Shown here: in pieces, positions 19,003 to 28,432 of the stretch
Numbering within the stretch: position 1 is the first letter of the stretch
Layout: each line of letters starts with the position of its first letter
NCBI GenBank assembly: GCA_046075565.1
Contig: JBJTQJ010000042.1
Location: 1 to 54,786 of the forward strand
Origin: Verrucomicrobiales bacterium
GTDB lineage: Bacteria; Verrucomicrobiota; Verrucomicrobiia; Verrucomicrobiales; SLCJ01
DNA: 54,786 bases
Reading direction: 5' to 3'
Notes under the pieces: model-generated
Told to the model about the DNA's origin: nothing
The model's database searches: none
What the model saw: the letters and a program-made list of their open reading frames with translations, nothing else
Position numbers and translations under genes: made by a program

Positions 19003-20580
19003 ATGAGCCAAACCTCCCTTCCCCGAAGCGCCCGCCGTCGCGGCCGTTGGCTGCGCGTCGTCCTTTGGTGCGTTTTCGGCATCGTCCTGATCGGGGTCAT
19101 CGCGGTGCTGGGGGCGTATGCTTGGGTCAAAAAATACCTCGCCGGCGAGGAATTCCGCGCCCTTGTCGCGGCCCAAGCCGGGCAAATGCTGCAGGCCGAA
19201 GTCACATTGGAGCCACTCGTTTGGGACCGCCTCAATGTCCGGAGCGAAAAGGCCTCCGCCACCGGCGGCTCGCGCATTTCCCGCCTCGAAATCACCGAAC
19301 CGCAGGCCACCATCTCGCTCACCGCCCTCACTACCGGACACTGGACGGTCGAGAATGCCAGCATCGAACGCCTCGTCGCCGACCTCAAAACGCCCCCGGC
19401 CAAGACAAACGCCCCGGCGGTCACCGGTGCGGAATCTCCCGCGCCCCCGGAGGAAGTCCCCGAAGCTGCTGCCACCGGATTGCCCCGCTGGTTTCCCACC
19501 GAAGTGCGCGTGCCGACCATTCAGATCCGCGATCTGAACCTGCGCTTCGGGCAAGGCGACATGGACTTCCGGCTGTTGAAAACCGGAGCCCTGCTCACCC
19601 GCCGTGATGCCACCTCCTACGACATGGCGCTGCGCGGCGGCGAATTCAGCCTGGCCCCGTTTCCCGGAGCCGGTATCGAGAAGAAAAGTTTCGAGATCAT
19701 CGATGCGACGCTGCGCATGACCCCCGAAACCGTCTTCGTGCTCGACAGCCGAATGAGGGCCGCCGATGGCACCACTCTCGCCATCCAAGGCACCGCGCCG
19801 GGTTCTTCCGGAGATGGTCCCCTCGACATCCAATATACCATGGAATCGCTGCCCGTCGCCCAGGTGCTCGGCGGCGAATGGGCCAACCGAGTCTTCGGTC
19901 GCCTCACGGTCACTGGGCAGAGCCAGGGCGAAGGGGATACCCTCGTCCACACCGGCACGGCCGAACTCGCCGATGCGCGATTCCTCACTCCGCCGCCCTC
20001 CACCACCGCCCCCGCCGAAGGTGCCATCGGCCTGGTGACCAAGGGCTGGCAAAATCTAACAGGAACCATTATTCCTGTCCTCGGGGCCTACACCGACCGC
20101 ACCGTGCAATTCCGCAACCTCGTCTGCGACACCGCCAGTTGCCGTTATCGCAAGGAAGGCGATCGCATCAACCTGACCGACATCAAAATCCGCAGTCGTG
20201 CCCTGCTCGGCGTCGAAGGCACACTCGACATTCTCGGCGAACAACTCGACGGACGCCTCATGGTCGGGGTCAGCCGCGAAACCCTCTCCGGTATTCCCGG
20301 AGCCGAAGCCAAGGTCTTCACCATCGAACGCGACGGCCTCGTCTGGACGCCCGTGCGCATCACCGGCACTTTCGATGATATCAAGGAAGACCTCACCGAT
20401 CGCCTTGTTGATGCCGCCGGAGCCCGCATCCTGGACGAGCTCCCGAATCTCGACACCATCCGCAAGACCATCGAAGACCTCGACCCCGGCAAGGTGCGCG
20501 ACGGCGTGCTCGATCAGGGAGGGAAGCTCATCGAGGAAGGCGGGAAAATTATCGAGGGTATCCTGCCGTTGAGACCGTGA
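19003..20580 (+). CDS. AsmA-like protein
   Basis: N-terminal TM anchor, repeated amphipathic beta-strands, C-terminal PVRITGTFDDI motif and helical tail. Confidence 0.7.
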   Translation: MSQTSLPRSARRRGRWLRVVLWCVFGIVLIGVIAVLGAYAWVKKYLAGEEFRALVAAQAGQMLQAEVTLEPLVWDRLNVRSEKASATGGSRISRLEITEPQATISLTALTTGHWTVENASIERLVADLKTPPAKTNAPAVTGAESPAPPEEVPEAAATGLPRWFPTEVRVPTIQIRDLNLRFGQGDMDFRLLKTGALLTRRDATSYDMALRGGEFSLAPFPGAGIEKKSFEIIDATLRMTPETVFVLDSRMRAADGTTLAIQGTAPGSSGDGPLDIQYTMESLPVAQVLGGEWANRVFGRLTVTGQSQGEGDTLVHTGTAELADARFLTPPPSTTAPAEGAIGLVTKGWQNLTGTIIPVLGAYTDRTVQFRNLVCDTASCRYRKEGDRINLTDIKIRSRALLGVEGTLDILGEQLDGRLMVGVSRETLSGIPGAEAKVFTIERDGLVWTPVRITGTFDDIKEDLTDRLVDAAGARILDELPNLDTIRKTIEDLDPGKVRDGVLDQGGKLIEEGGKIIEGILPLRP

Positions 20581-20592
20581 ACCAGTCGGCTT

Positions 20593-21107
20593 ATGCCATT
20601 GGACTCATGGACAACCCGGAATGCGAGTGGCGCCGCATGGGTTTGGCGCATCCTCCTCTGGTTGGGCGGCGGTGCCCTGCTGATCAAAACCGCGTTGACT
20701 CCCTTGCCGGATTTCACCTCGCTTGTGGAATTTGTCGCGCCGGTCAAAGAAGTCGGTGAGTCCGAGGAGCCCCGGCGGGATCCCCGCCCATGGGTTCGTT
20801 TCGAAGGACGCAACGCCACCTATTTTTTCCCCGTGACCTGAAGGAAGAAGCTGCCATACTCGCGAGTTTAGAAAGCGGCGCACAAGTTCGGGTTTGGTCT
20901 GATGTCGGAAAGAGCTACACGCTCTGGCAAATCGAGTCGGACAACCGCATTCTCTTGAACTACGAAAGCTCGCGCGCCGGTGCCGTCCAACGCCGATGGT
21001 TTTCCGCTCTCACGGGCACCGCTCTGCTCGCTTTGCAATTTTTTGATTGGGGTCTCGCCATCCGTCGCCATCGGAAATTGCTCCGCGAGTTATCCGGCAA
21101 AGTGTAA
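20593..21107 (+). pseudogene. membrane protein gene split by a -1 frameshift at about 20823-20832
   Basis: ORFs 20593-20841 and 20790-21107 join at TAT TTT TTC CCC into one TM-domain-TM protein. Confidence 0.65.
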
Positions 21108-21122
21108 AACAGGCGCTCCGCC

Positions 21123-21338
21123 TAATACCGTCGCTCTAGCACCAGAAATGGCAAATAGCGATCTGGTCTCAGGGCAAGACCGAGACGGTCTTGCTACAAC
21201 TCTGTTGGATGCTCCAAGGCGAAATCCCCTTGAGCGGTAATGTCCCTCGTAGCAAGAGCGTCTCGCTCTTGCCCTACAAGGAAGTGGACAAAGAGAAGCC
21301 GGAGGACCAAGCTTGTTGGTGATAAACTCACAGGATTA
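21123..21338 (+). mobile_element. 216-bp MITE-like element with internal REP doublet (copy 1)
   Basis: Ends TAATACC...GGATTA; flanking 11-bp near-direct repeat GGCGCTCCGCC/GGCGTCCCGCC; homologous to the reverse complement of 31439-31651. Confidence 0.7.
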
Positions 21339-21365
21339 GGCGTCCCGCCTGTTTTGAATCGCAAA

Positions 21366-21429
21366 CACCGGCAAGATGCCGGTGGCACACTCCACTGCTG
21401 AATGTGGAGGCGCGACAATCCTGTCGCGC
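21366..21429. repeat. cluster of REP-like hairpins
   Basis: CACCGGCA-AGA-TGCCGGTG and GCGCGACA-ATCC-TGTCGCGC. Confidence 0.6.
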
Positions 21430-21486
21430 GGGCAAATAATTTGCGGCTGGCCTGCCCGATGCTCATTCCATCTCTCCGTTTCCACA

Positions 21487-21515
21487 TTGACCATTTCATC
21501 TCCGCCCCTGATGTT
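21487..21515 (+). promoter_or_regulatory. putative promoter for a leaderless mRNA
   Basis: TTGACC-N17-GATGTT, then 6 nt to the ATG at 21522. Confidence 0.55.
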
Positions 21516-21521
21516 TCGGTC

Positions 21522-22442
21522 ATGGGAAAGGTCTTGGTCATCCGCGGCGGGGCATTGGGCGATTTTTTGCTCACGCTCCCGACCATCCGCTTGCTCAAAA
21601 AAGGCTTGCCCGCGGCGACCATCGAAGTGCTCGGTTATGACCCGATGGTCGAACTCGCCAATTTGGCCGGGGTGGCGCACGCGACGCGTCGGCTCGGTCA
21701 CGCGGGGTTGGCGGGATTTTTTGTTCCGGGTTCGAAACTGGATCCGGTTTGGTCGGAATATTTCGCGGGCTTCGATGTTGTCTTCAGTTTCCTGCCCGAT
21801 GCCGACGGTCACTTTAAAGAAAACATCCTGCGCGCCGGAGTGAAAACATGGTTCCAAGGAAAATGGAAAGTGGACGAGTCTCCGGGGGCGTCGCATGCGG
21901 CGGAACAACTTGCGGAAGTCTGCCAGAACCTCGCGCTCTGGCTCGAAGATCCGGAGCCGATCGTGCACGCGCCACGGCCCGCGCATGAATGCTCCGGCAT
22001 CGCCATCCATCCCGGCAGCGGTTCGCCGCGCAAGAGTTGGTTGTTCGCGCGCTGGGCGGAAGCCGGACCCAAGTTGGCAGGTCTCTTGCAGCCGGGAGAA
22101 TACCTCGAAGTGATCAGCGGCGAGGCCGAGGAAGAATGGATTGGCGAGTTGCTCGCGCAATGGCGCGGCCTACCGGTGCGCCACCATCGATTTTCGCCCT
22201 TGGCAGAACTTTCGCGCATGCTCGCCGGATGCCGAGGCTACCTCGGCCACGACACCGGCGTCTCGCATTTGGCCGCAGCTTGTGGTGTCCCGTGTTTGTT
22301 AATGTTCGGTCCGACCAATCCCGAAGTCTGGGCTCCGCGGAATCCCGGCACGCGCGTCGTGCGTGCGCCGGGCGGTCATTTGGATCAACTCGCCGTCGAC
22401 CCCGTGATCGCGGGGATGAGAGAAATGCTGGGAGATTGTTAG
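21522..22442 (+). CDS. glycosyltransferase family 9 (heptosyltransferase-like)
   Basis: GALGDFLLT, IHPGSGS, GHDTGVSHLAAA and FGPTNP motifs. Confidence 0.9.
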   Translation: MGKVLVIRGGALGDFLLTLPTIRLLKKGLPAATIEVLGYDPMVELANLAGVAHATRRLGHAGLAGFFVPGSKLDPVWSEYFAGFDVVFSFLPDADGHFKENILRAGVKTWFQGKWKVDESPGASHAAEQLAEVCQNLALWLEDPEPIVHAPRPAHECSGIAIHPGSGSPRKSWLFARWAEAGPKLAGLLQPGEYLEVISGEAEEEWIGELLAQWRGLPVRHHRFSPLAELSRMLAGCRGYLGHDTGVSHLAAACGVPCLLMFGPTNPEVWAPRNPGTRVVRAPGGHLDQLAVDPVIAGMREMLGDC

Positions 22443-22501
22443 ACTTCCCGCGGATCTTGTCGCCGTATCGATTTCGGTCGGCAGCGAGCCTCTTCTTTTA
22501 C

Positions 22502-23836
22502 TTACACAAAGCCGAGATTCTTGAACTCTCCGCCGAGCACGGGTTTGCTCGGAGTTTTGAGCCAGTTCTCGAGCACGGTGGCATAAACCGAGCGGAAGTC
22601 GGTGTGGAATTTGAGGTCGCCTTTGTCGAGGTCGGTCAGGCTGGGTTGGGCACCGACGATGCCGGCTTTCACCTTCGGACCGAAAACAAAAAGAGGGGCG
22701 GCGGCGCCGTGGTCGGTGCCACCATTGGCATTTTCCTGCACACGGCGTCCGAATTCGGAGAAGGTCATCACCATGACGCGGTCGCGCGCTCCCTGGGCTT
22801 CGATGTCCTTCATGAAGGCGGCGAGTCCGTCGTTGAGTTGTTTCAGCCGTTGCTCGTGGGCATTGGCCTGGCCGGTGTGGGTATCGAATCCGCCGTGGCT
22901 CACATAATAAACCCGCGTCGGCAAGCCGCCTTCGATCATGCGTGCGACGAGTTGCAAGCTCTGGCCGAATGGCTCGCCCGGATAGCCTGCACGCACCTTC
23001 GATTTGCGGAGCAGTTCCCGCACCTTGTCGGAGCTGACCTGCGCGTCGAGACCGGTGCGTTCGAGGAAACTCAAGGCATCCTTGGCATTGCCGAGGGTAA
23101 GTCCGCCATTGCCACCGGCGACCATGTCGATCGAGCCGCCCGCTCCTCCCATTTCGGCGTCGGGGGAGTTCAGTTCGCGGAAGACATCACCGGCTTCATC
23201 AATGTCCTCTTTGCCCTGCATCCAACGATACAGATCCGGGGTTTTGAGGGCGATGCCGGGGCGTTTGCTGGCGACGAAGGCATCCGGCTGGCGGTCCACG
23301 AGGGCGACGCCGACCGTCGGATCTTCTCCAGAGCAGGCATTGTCGAAGTAACGTCCGACCCATCCGGTGGAGCCGACCTTGTTCGCATCGGTGGCGCGTG
23401 TCCAGATCTCCGTTGAGCGGAAGTGCGAGCGGTTCGGATTCGGATACCCCACGCCTTGCACGATGGAGAGACCGCCATCCTTGAAGGATTTTTCAAAGAA
23501 GGTCAAACTCGGATGGAGTCCGGTCTGGTCGTTGATCTTCAGCGTCTCGTTTTCCTTGAAGGCCAGGGTGCGGCGGGCTTTGTGGTAGTTGTCATCCGCG
23601 AAAGGCACGACGGTATTTAATCCGTCGTTGCCGCCACCGAGTTGCACGAGCACGAGAATGGGCGCGTCTTTGCCGGTCACGGCTTGGGTGGCGGAATCAG
23701 CCGCCGCCGCGTGCAGCGTGGAGAAGGTGTTCTGCACGAAGACAGGAACAGTCCATGAGGTCGCTGCCCCGAACATGGTGCTGCGGAGAAACGAACGCCG
23801 TGTTTTGATAAGGCCGTCGAAAGAATCGGATTTCAT
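22502..23836 (-). CDS. Tat-exported DUF1501 protein
   Basis: TRRSFL twin-arginine signal; GGNDGLN, NRSHF, GGFDTH, SEFGRR and GTDHG motifs. Confidence 0.9.
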   Translation of the reverse strand: MKSDSFDGLIKTRRSFLRSTMFGAATSWTVPVFVQNTFSTLHAAAADSATQAVTGKDAPILVLVQLGGGNDGLNTVVPFADDNYHKARRTLAFKENETLKINDQTGLHPSLTFFEKSFKDGGLSIVQGVGYPNPNRSHFRSTEIWTRATDANKVGSTGWVGRYFDNACSGEDPTVGVALVDRQPDAFVASKRPGIALKTPDLYRWMQGKEDIDEAGDVFRELNSPDAEMGGAGGSIDMVAGGNGGLTLGNAKDALSFLERTGLDAQVSSDKVRELLRKSKVRAGYPGEPFGQSLQLVARMIEGGLPTRVYYVSHGGFDTHTGQANAHEQRLKQLNDGLAAFMKDIEAQGARDRVMVMTFSEFGRRVQENANGGTDHGAAAPLFVFGPKVKAGIVGAQPSLTDLDKGDLKFHTDFRSVYATVLENWLKTPSKPVLGGEFKNLGFV

Positions 23837-23868
23837 GGTGTCAAATGGGGGTGGGAGTTTTTCGCGGA

Positions 23869-25440
23869 TCAGGTGAGCTGATAGTAAGGTGTGCTGAGCA
23901 TGAGGTGGACAAGGTGGCCGATTTCCGTGTCGGTCAAGCCGGCATCGCTTTCGCTTTTGGCGAAGGAGAGGAATTTTTCCCGGTCTTCCTGGCGCAAGGG
24001 ATGTTGGAAAAAGCGGAAGGCGAGGTCGTCCACAAGCTTCTCCGGATCCTTGCGCAGTTCGGTTGGTGCGATAACGGCATAGTCCGGTTTCGGCATGAAT
24101 TTACGGGCGCGCTCTTCACGCATAGCCGAGCCGATTTTGGTCTTGCCCCTGAGGTTGCCCATGTTTCCGAGTCCGCTGATCGCATAATCGGGATCCGCGC
24201 CGCGGGCGATGGCACCGGCGACGTTATAGCGGGTGAAGAGGGTATTGGTATTGATCCAGGCGGCGCCGCCCGGCCAGCCCGCGACATTGGGCGGGAGGAA
24301 GAGCGTCTGGCCCATATTCCGCATGCCCCCGAGGGCGATGGCGTCGGGCAGGGTCGACATGCCGAAATGCCGGGACATTTGCGCGAGGTAGACAGCCGGC
24401 GATTTGATGACGGCCCGGATGTTGTCGCGGCGGTAAAACTCTTCGGATAGGAACAATCGGCGCAGGGAGCGTCCGATATGGAATTTTTCCTCGCGCAGGA
24501 CAGCGGCGAAAGCTGTCACGTTTTCCTCCGTAGGCGCGTCGCTGACCATGTAGCGCCAGATTTTGCGGGACATGAATTGGGCACAAGCCGGTTGTTCGAG
24601 CAAGATGGCCACGATTTCATCCGGACCGAAGTTGCCGGTTTTGCCATGGAAGGTTTTCTCGCCGTCGTCGCGCTGGAATTTCAGCGAATGGACCTTGCCG
24701 GTCTCGCGATCGAGGCGCATGCCGGCAAAGGCCCGGGCCGCCTCTTTGATGTCCTCTTCGGTGTAGTTTCCTTCACCGAGGGTGAATAGCTCCATGACTT
24801 CACGCGCGAAGTTCTCGTTGGGCTTCTGTTTGGAGTTCTGCTGCAGATCCAGATAGATCATCATGGCCGGGTCGCGCACGATGGCTTTGGTCAGCGTCCC
24901 GAAGTCCCCGAGGGCGTTGTCGCGGAAAAGCTGGTTCTGTTTGAACATGAACCAGGCCACCCGCACCTTTTCCATGCTGGAGGCAAAATGCCCGTGCCAG
25001 AAGAGAGCCATCTTCTCGGCGGCCGGATGCGGACCCGCCATCATGCGGCGGAACCACCAGCGGCTCATCTCAATGCCTTGATCGCGGGAGGTCTCGCGCA
25101 AGAACTTGTTCAATTTCAGCCGCTTCAGTTGGGCGGCGGCCGCCTCCTTCTGGTCCGGTTCGCCCTTGGCTTTGGGGCTCTTCAGCCCGCCGAAGCCCGC
25201 TTCGCGGCGCATTTCGAGAAACTCGGCGACCTGTTTGGCGTAGCCCTCCTCATTTGCCCAAGCCGGCGGCGGAATGGGGTCGGTGGCGGGTTTTTCTCCG
25301 GCGAGGATCTTGTCCACGGCCGCTTCGGGGCCGAGGGCGTGGATGGCGCGGATCTGCTCGGGTGGGCCACCAAAGGCGGCTCGATTGAGGAGATGGGCGG
25401 CTTCCGTGATGGACCAATCGCGTTTGGTTCGAGCTTTCAT
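23869..25440 (-). CDS. DUF1800 protein
   Basis: HLLNRAAFG, FWHGHF, PNENFAREVMELFTLG and PPNVAGWPGG motifs. Confidence 0.9.
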   Translation of the reverse strand: MKARTKRDWSITEAAHLLNRAAFGGPPEQIRAIHALGPEAAVDKILAGEKPATDPIPPPAWANEEGYAKQVAEFLEMRREAGFGGLKSPKAKGEPDQKEAAAAQLKRLKLNKFLRETSRDQGIEMSRWWFRRMMAGPHPAAEKMALFWHGHFASSMEKVRVAWFMFKQNQLFRDNALGDFGTLTKAIVRDPAMMIYLDLQQNSKQKPNENFAREVMELFTLGEGNYTEEDIKEAARAFAGMRLDRETGKVHSLKFQRDDGEKTFHGKTGNFGPDEIVAILLEQPACAQFMSRKIWRYMVSDAPTEENVTAFAAVLREEKFHIGRSLRRLFLSEEFYRRDNIRAVIKSPAVYLAQMSRHFGMSTLPDAIALGGMRNMGQTLFLPPNVAGWPGGAAWINTNTLFTRYNVAGAIARGADPDYAISGLGNMGNLRGKTKIGSAMREERARKFMPKPDYAVIAPTELRKDPEKLVDDLAFRFFQHPLRQEDREKFLSFAKSESDAGLTDTEIGHLVHLMLSTPYYQLT

Positions 25441-25557
25441 GGGGGTGTGCGATCCAACCCGTGGTCTCGGGTGGGGTTGCGAATGTTCTTGGAAAATCCT
25501 CGAAACCATCCATAGTTTCCAGTTCCTTCGCCATCGGGGCGTCATTTTTCCCTTCCC

Positions 25558-26913
25558 ATGTTCCTGACCAACCTCACCCGGTTCAATGAAATCGGGGCCA
25601 ATAGTTACCTGCTGGATACCGGATCCGCCCGCGTGTTGCTCGATTCCGGCATGCACCCGAAGCGTGAAGGCCGGGACGCATTACCCGACCTCGCGGCCCT
25701 CTCCGGGGTCGACCTCGACGCGATTGTCATCACCCACGCCCACCACGATCACATCGGCAGCCTGCCCCTTGCCCAACGTCAGTGCCCGGCCGCGGAGGTT
25801 TACATGACCGAACTCACCGCACTGCTCTCCGATGCCATGTTGCACAACTCGGTGAACGTGATGTCGTCACAACGCGAGGAACTCGGACTGAAGGAATACC
25901 CGTTTTTTACCCACCGCGAGGTCGAGGAGGTGGTGGAGAAATGGCGGCATGTGCGCACACGGCGGAAAATCGACATCGGCCCGGGCACGACGCTCGAGTT
26001 TTTTGATGCCGGCCACATCCCGGGTAGCGCCGGGGCAATGCTCCGTGCGAATGGAAAAAGTGTTTTCTACACCGGTGATGTGCAATTCGAGGATCAATCG
26101 TTCTGCCTTGCCGCCGACTTCCCCCGCGATCCGGTGGATGTGCTGGTCATGGAAACCACCCGCGGGGCGGCCGCACGCGCCATGCACTACACCCGGAGCA
26201 CGGAGATCGAACGCTTCGCCTCGGTGGCCCGGCGCGCGTTTGATCGCGGCGGGGCTGTCCTTCTGCCCGTCTTCGCGCTCGGCAAGACCCAGGAATTCCT
26301 GCTTCTCCTCCACCAGTGCCGCGAGCAAGGCTTGCTTCCCTTCGACACGCCCGTGCATCTCGGTGGTCTTGGCACCAAGCTCACCACCATCATCGACCGC
26401 TTTACCGGTCCGGTCCGTCGCCAATGCAAAGGATTCCAGTTGCTCCGCGATACCGGCGTGCAGTTGCCCAACCGCAAACGCCGTGGCCCGCTCGAAGCAA
26501 TCCCCGGCCACATCTATGCGCTGTCCAGCGGCATGATGACGGAAAACACGACATCGAACGTCTTTGCCCGCGACTTCATCGACAATCCGCGAAATGCCCT
26601 CTGTTTCGTCGGCTATGCCGATCCGGACTCGGTTGCCGGGGGCATCCTCGCCGCCAAACCCGACGACCACATCGTGCTCGACCGCCGCTGGCCGCCGGTT
26701 CCACTACGCGCCGAGGTTGAGCGCTTCGACTTCAGCGGTCATGCCACCCGCGATGACCTCCGCGCCTTCGCCCGCGATGTACGCCCGAAAAAAATCGTGC
26801 TCGTGCACGGCGACCCCGATGCCCTCGAGTGGTTCCAAGCCGCCCTTGCCAAGGATCTGCCCGGCACGGAAATCCTCATCCCGAAACCGGGCGTGCCACT
26901 CGATATTTCCTGA
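25558..26913 (+). CDS. MBL-fold beta-CASP ribonuclease (YSH1/CPSF73-like)
   Basis: THAHHDH, AGHIPGSA, YTGD, FSGHA and LVHGD motifs. Confidence 0.9.
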   Translation: MFLTNLTRFNEIGANSYLLDTGSARVLLDSGMHPKREGRDALPDLAALSGVDLDAIVITHAHHDHIGSLPLAQRQCPAAEVYMTELTALLSDAMLHNSVNVMSSQREELGLKEYPFFTHREVEEVVEKWRHVRTRRKIDIGPGTTLEFFDAGHIPGSAGAMLRANGKSVFYTGDVQFEDQSFCLAADFPRDPVDVLVMETTRGAAARAMHYTRSTEIERFASVARRAFDRGGAVLLPVFALGKTQEFLLLLHQCREQGLLPFDTPVHLGGLGTKLTTIIDRFTGPVRRQCKGFQLLRDTGVQLPNRKRRGPLEAIPGHIYALSSGMMTENTTSNVFARDFIDNPRNALCFVGYADPDSVAGGILAAKPDDHIVLDRRWPPVPLRAEVERFDFSGHATRDDLRAFARDVRPKKIVLVHGDPDALEWFQAALAKDLPGTEILIPKPGVPLDIS

Positions 26914-26963
26914 GGCGCGGCTTGTGTGGTCCGCCGGGTTTCCTGGTCCCGGCCGCTTGCTCC

Positions 26964-26992
26964 TTGCCCCCGGCCCAAAACGGGAGCACATT
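26964..26992 (+). promoter_or_regulatory. putative promoter for a leaderless hisB mRNA
   Basis: TTGCCC-N17-CACATT, then 6 nt to the ATG at 26999. Confidence 0.5.
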
Positions 26993-26998
26993 CACCGT

Positions 26999-27586
26999 AT
27001 GCGCGTAGCCCAAGTCCATCGCAAAACCGCCGAAACCGACATCCGCCTCGAGGTGAACCTCGACGGCTCCGGTAAAGCCGACATCCGCACTGGCATCGGT
27101 TTCTTCGACCACATGCTCACCTTGCTGGCCCGCCACGCCTTGCTCGACCTGACCGTCGATGCGAAAGGGGATCTCGAAGTGGATTTTCACCACACGGTGG
27201 AAGACACTGGCATCACGCTCGGCCAGGCCATCCGCAAGGCCCTTGGCGATAAGCAAGGCATCCGCCGCTACGGATGGTGTTACCTGCCCATGGATGAAGC
27301 GCTCGCCCGGGTCGTGCTCGATCTCGGCGGTCGTGCCTTCCTTGAATTCCGCAATCAGATCAATCCCGATCCCATTGGCGGGAATTTTCCATTTTCCCTG
27401 GTGGAAGAGTTTTTCCGCGCCTTCGCCTTCAACGTGGGAGCGAATGTGCATGCGGAGATTCTCTATGGTCGGGACGGCCACCACCTCGCCGAGGCGCTTT
27501 TCAAAGGACTCGCCAAAACCCTACTCCAGGCGGTCGAACGCGATCCCCGCGTCGTCGGCGTGCTTTCGACCAAGGAAGCCCTCTGA
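26999..27586 (+). CDS. hisB: imidazoleglycerol-phosphate dehydratase
   Basis: RKTAETDI, GFFDHML, HHTVED and HHLAEALFK motifs. Confidence 0.97.
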   Translation: MRVAQVHRKTAETDIRLEVNLDGSGKADIRTGIGFFDHMLTLLARHALLDLTVDAKGDLEVDFHHTVEDTGITLGQAIRKALGDKQGIRRYGWCYLPMDEALARVVLDLGGRAFLEFRNQINPDPIGGNFPFSLVEEFFRAFAFNVGANVHAEILYGRDGHHLAEALFKGLAKTLLQAVERDPRVVGVLSTKEAL

Positions 27587-27595
27587 TTTCACTTC

Positions 27596-28423
27596 GTGAG
27601 TGCGCGTATCCTCGATACCCACTGCCATCTCGCGAGCGCGAAATTCAGCGGCGAGGCGGAAGATGTAATCGTGCGGGCCGTGGATGCCGGGACGGGCGGC
27701 ATGCTCACGCTCTCGACCTGCTTCGATGACATGCCGGCCAATCTCGCGCTCGCGGCCGCTCATCCGGGGTTGGTCGTTGCTGCCGTGGGAATCCATCCCT
27801 GTGACACACACGAGGTCGATTCGGCCGGGGATTGGAAAGATCGTTTGTTAGAAATGGCCGCCGCTCCCGGGGTCGCCGCCATCGGGGAGAGCGGACTCGA
27901 CTACTACCACCCGCCGCCCGACGGATGGGACGAAGAGGACTTCCGCGCTCGCCAGCGGGAAATGTTGCGCGGTCACTTCGAAGTCGCGGCCGCCGCCGGT
28001 CTCGGAATCGTGTTACACACCCGCGATCGTTCTGGGCGTGCGAGCTTGGAAGATGCCTTGGCCGTCGCCCGTGATTTCAAAGGCCGCGTGCGCCCGCAGT
28101 TCCATTGTTTCCTCGGCCCGTGGGAAGCCGCCCCTGCCATTCTCGACCTCGATGGCATCGTCAGCTTCGGTGGGGTCATTACTTTTCCTTCCGCAAAGGA
28201 GACCCTCGCCGCTGCCGTGGCCGCGCCCGCTGGTTCGTTTACCCTCGAAACCGATTCTCCATATCTCGCGCCGGTTCCGCACCGCGGAAAACGGAATGAA
28301 CCCGCTTACGTGCTGGCGACCGCGCGTCATCTGGCTAGCGCCCGCGGGGAAAGTCTCGAATCCCTCGCCGAACACACCACCAAAGCGGCACGCGCATTTT
28401 TCCGCTGGCCCGAACCTGCCTAA
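27596..28423 (+). CDS. TatD family hydrolase
   Basis: DTHCHL, GIHP, IGESGLDY, ETDSPYLAP and RGKRNEP motifs. Confidence 0.93.
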   Translation: MSARILDTHCHLASAKFSGEAEDVIVRAVDAGTGGMLTLSTCFDDMPANLALAAAHPGLVVAAVGIHPCDTHEVDSAGDWKDRLLEMAAAPGVAAIGESGLDYYHPPPDGWDEEDFRARQREMLRGHFEVAAAAGLGIVLHTRDRSGRASLEDALAVARDFKGRVRPQFHCFLGPWEAAPAILDLDGIVSFGGVITFPSAKETLAAAVAAPAGSFTLETDSPYLAPVPHRGKRNEPAYVLATARHLASARGESLESLAEHTTKAARAFFRWPEPA

Positions 28424-28432
28424 CCTACCGCC

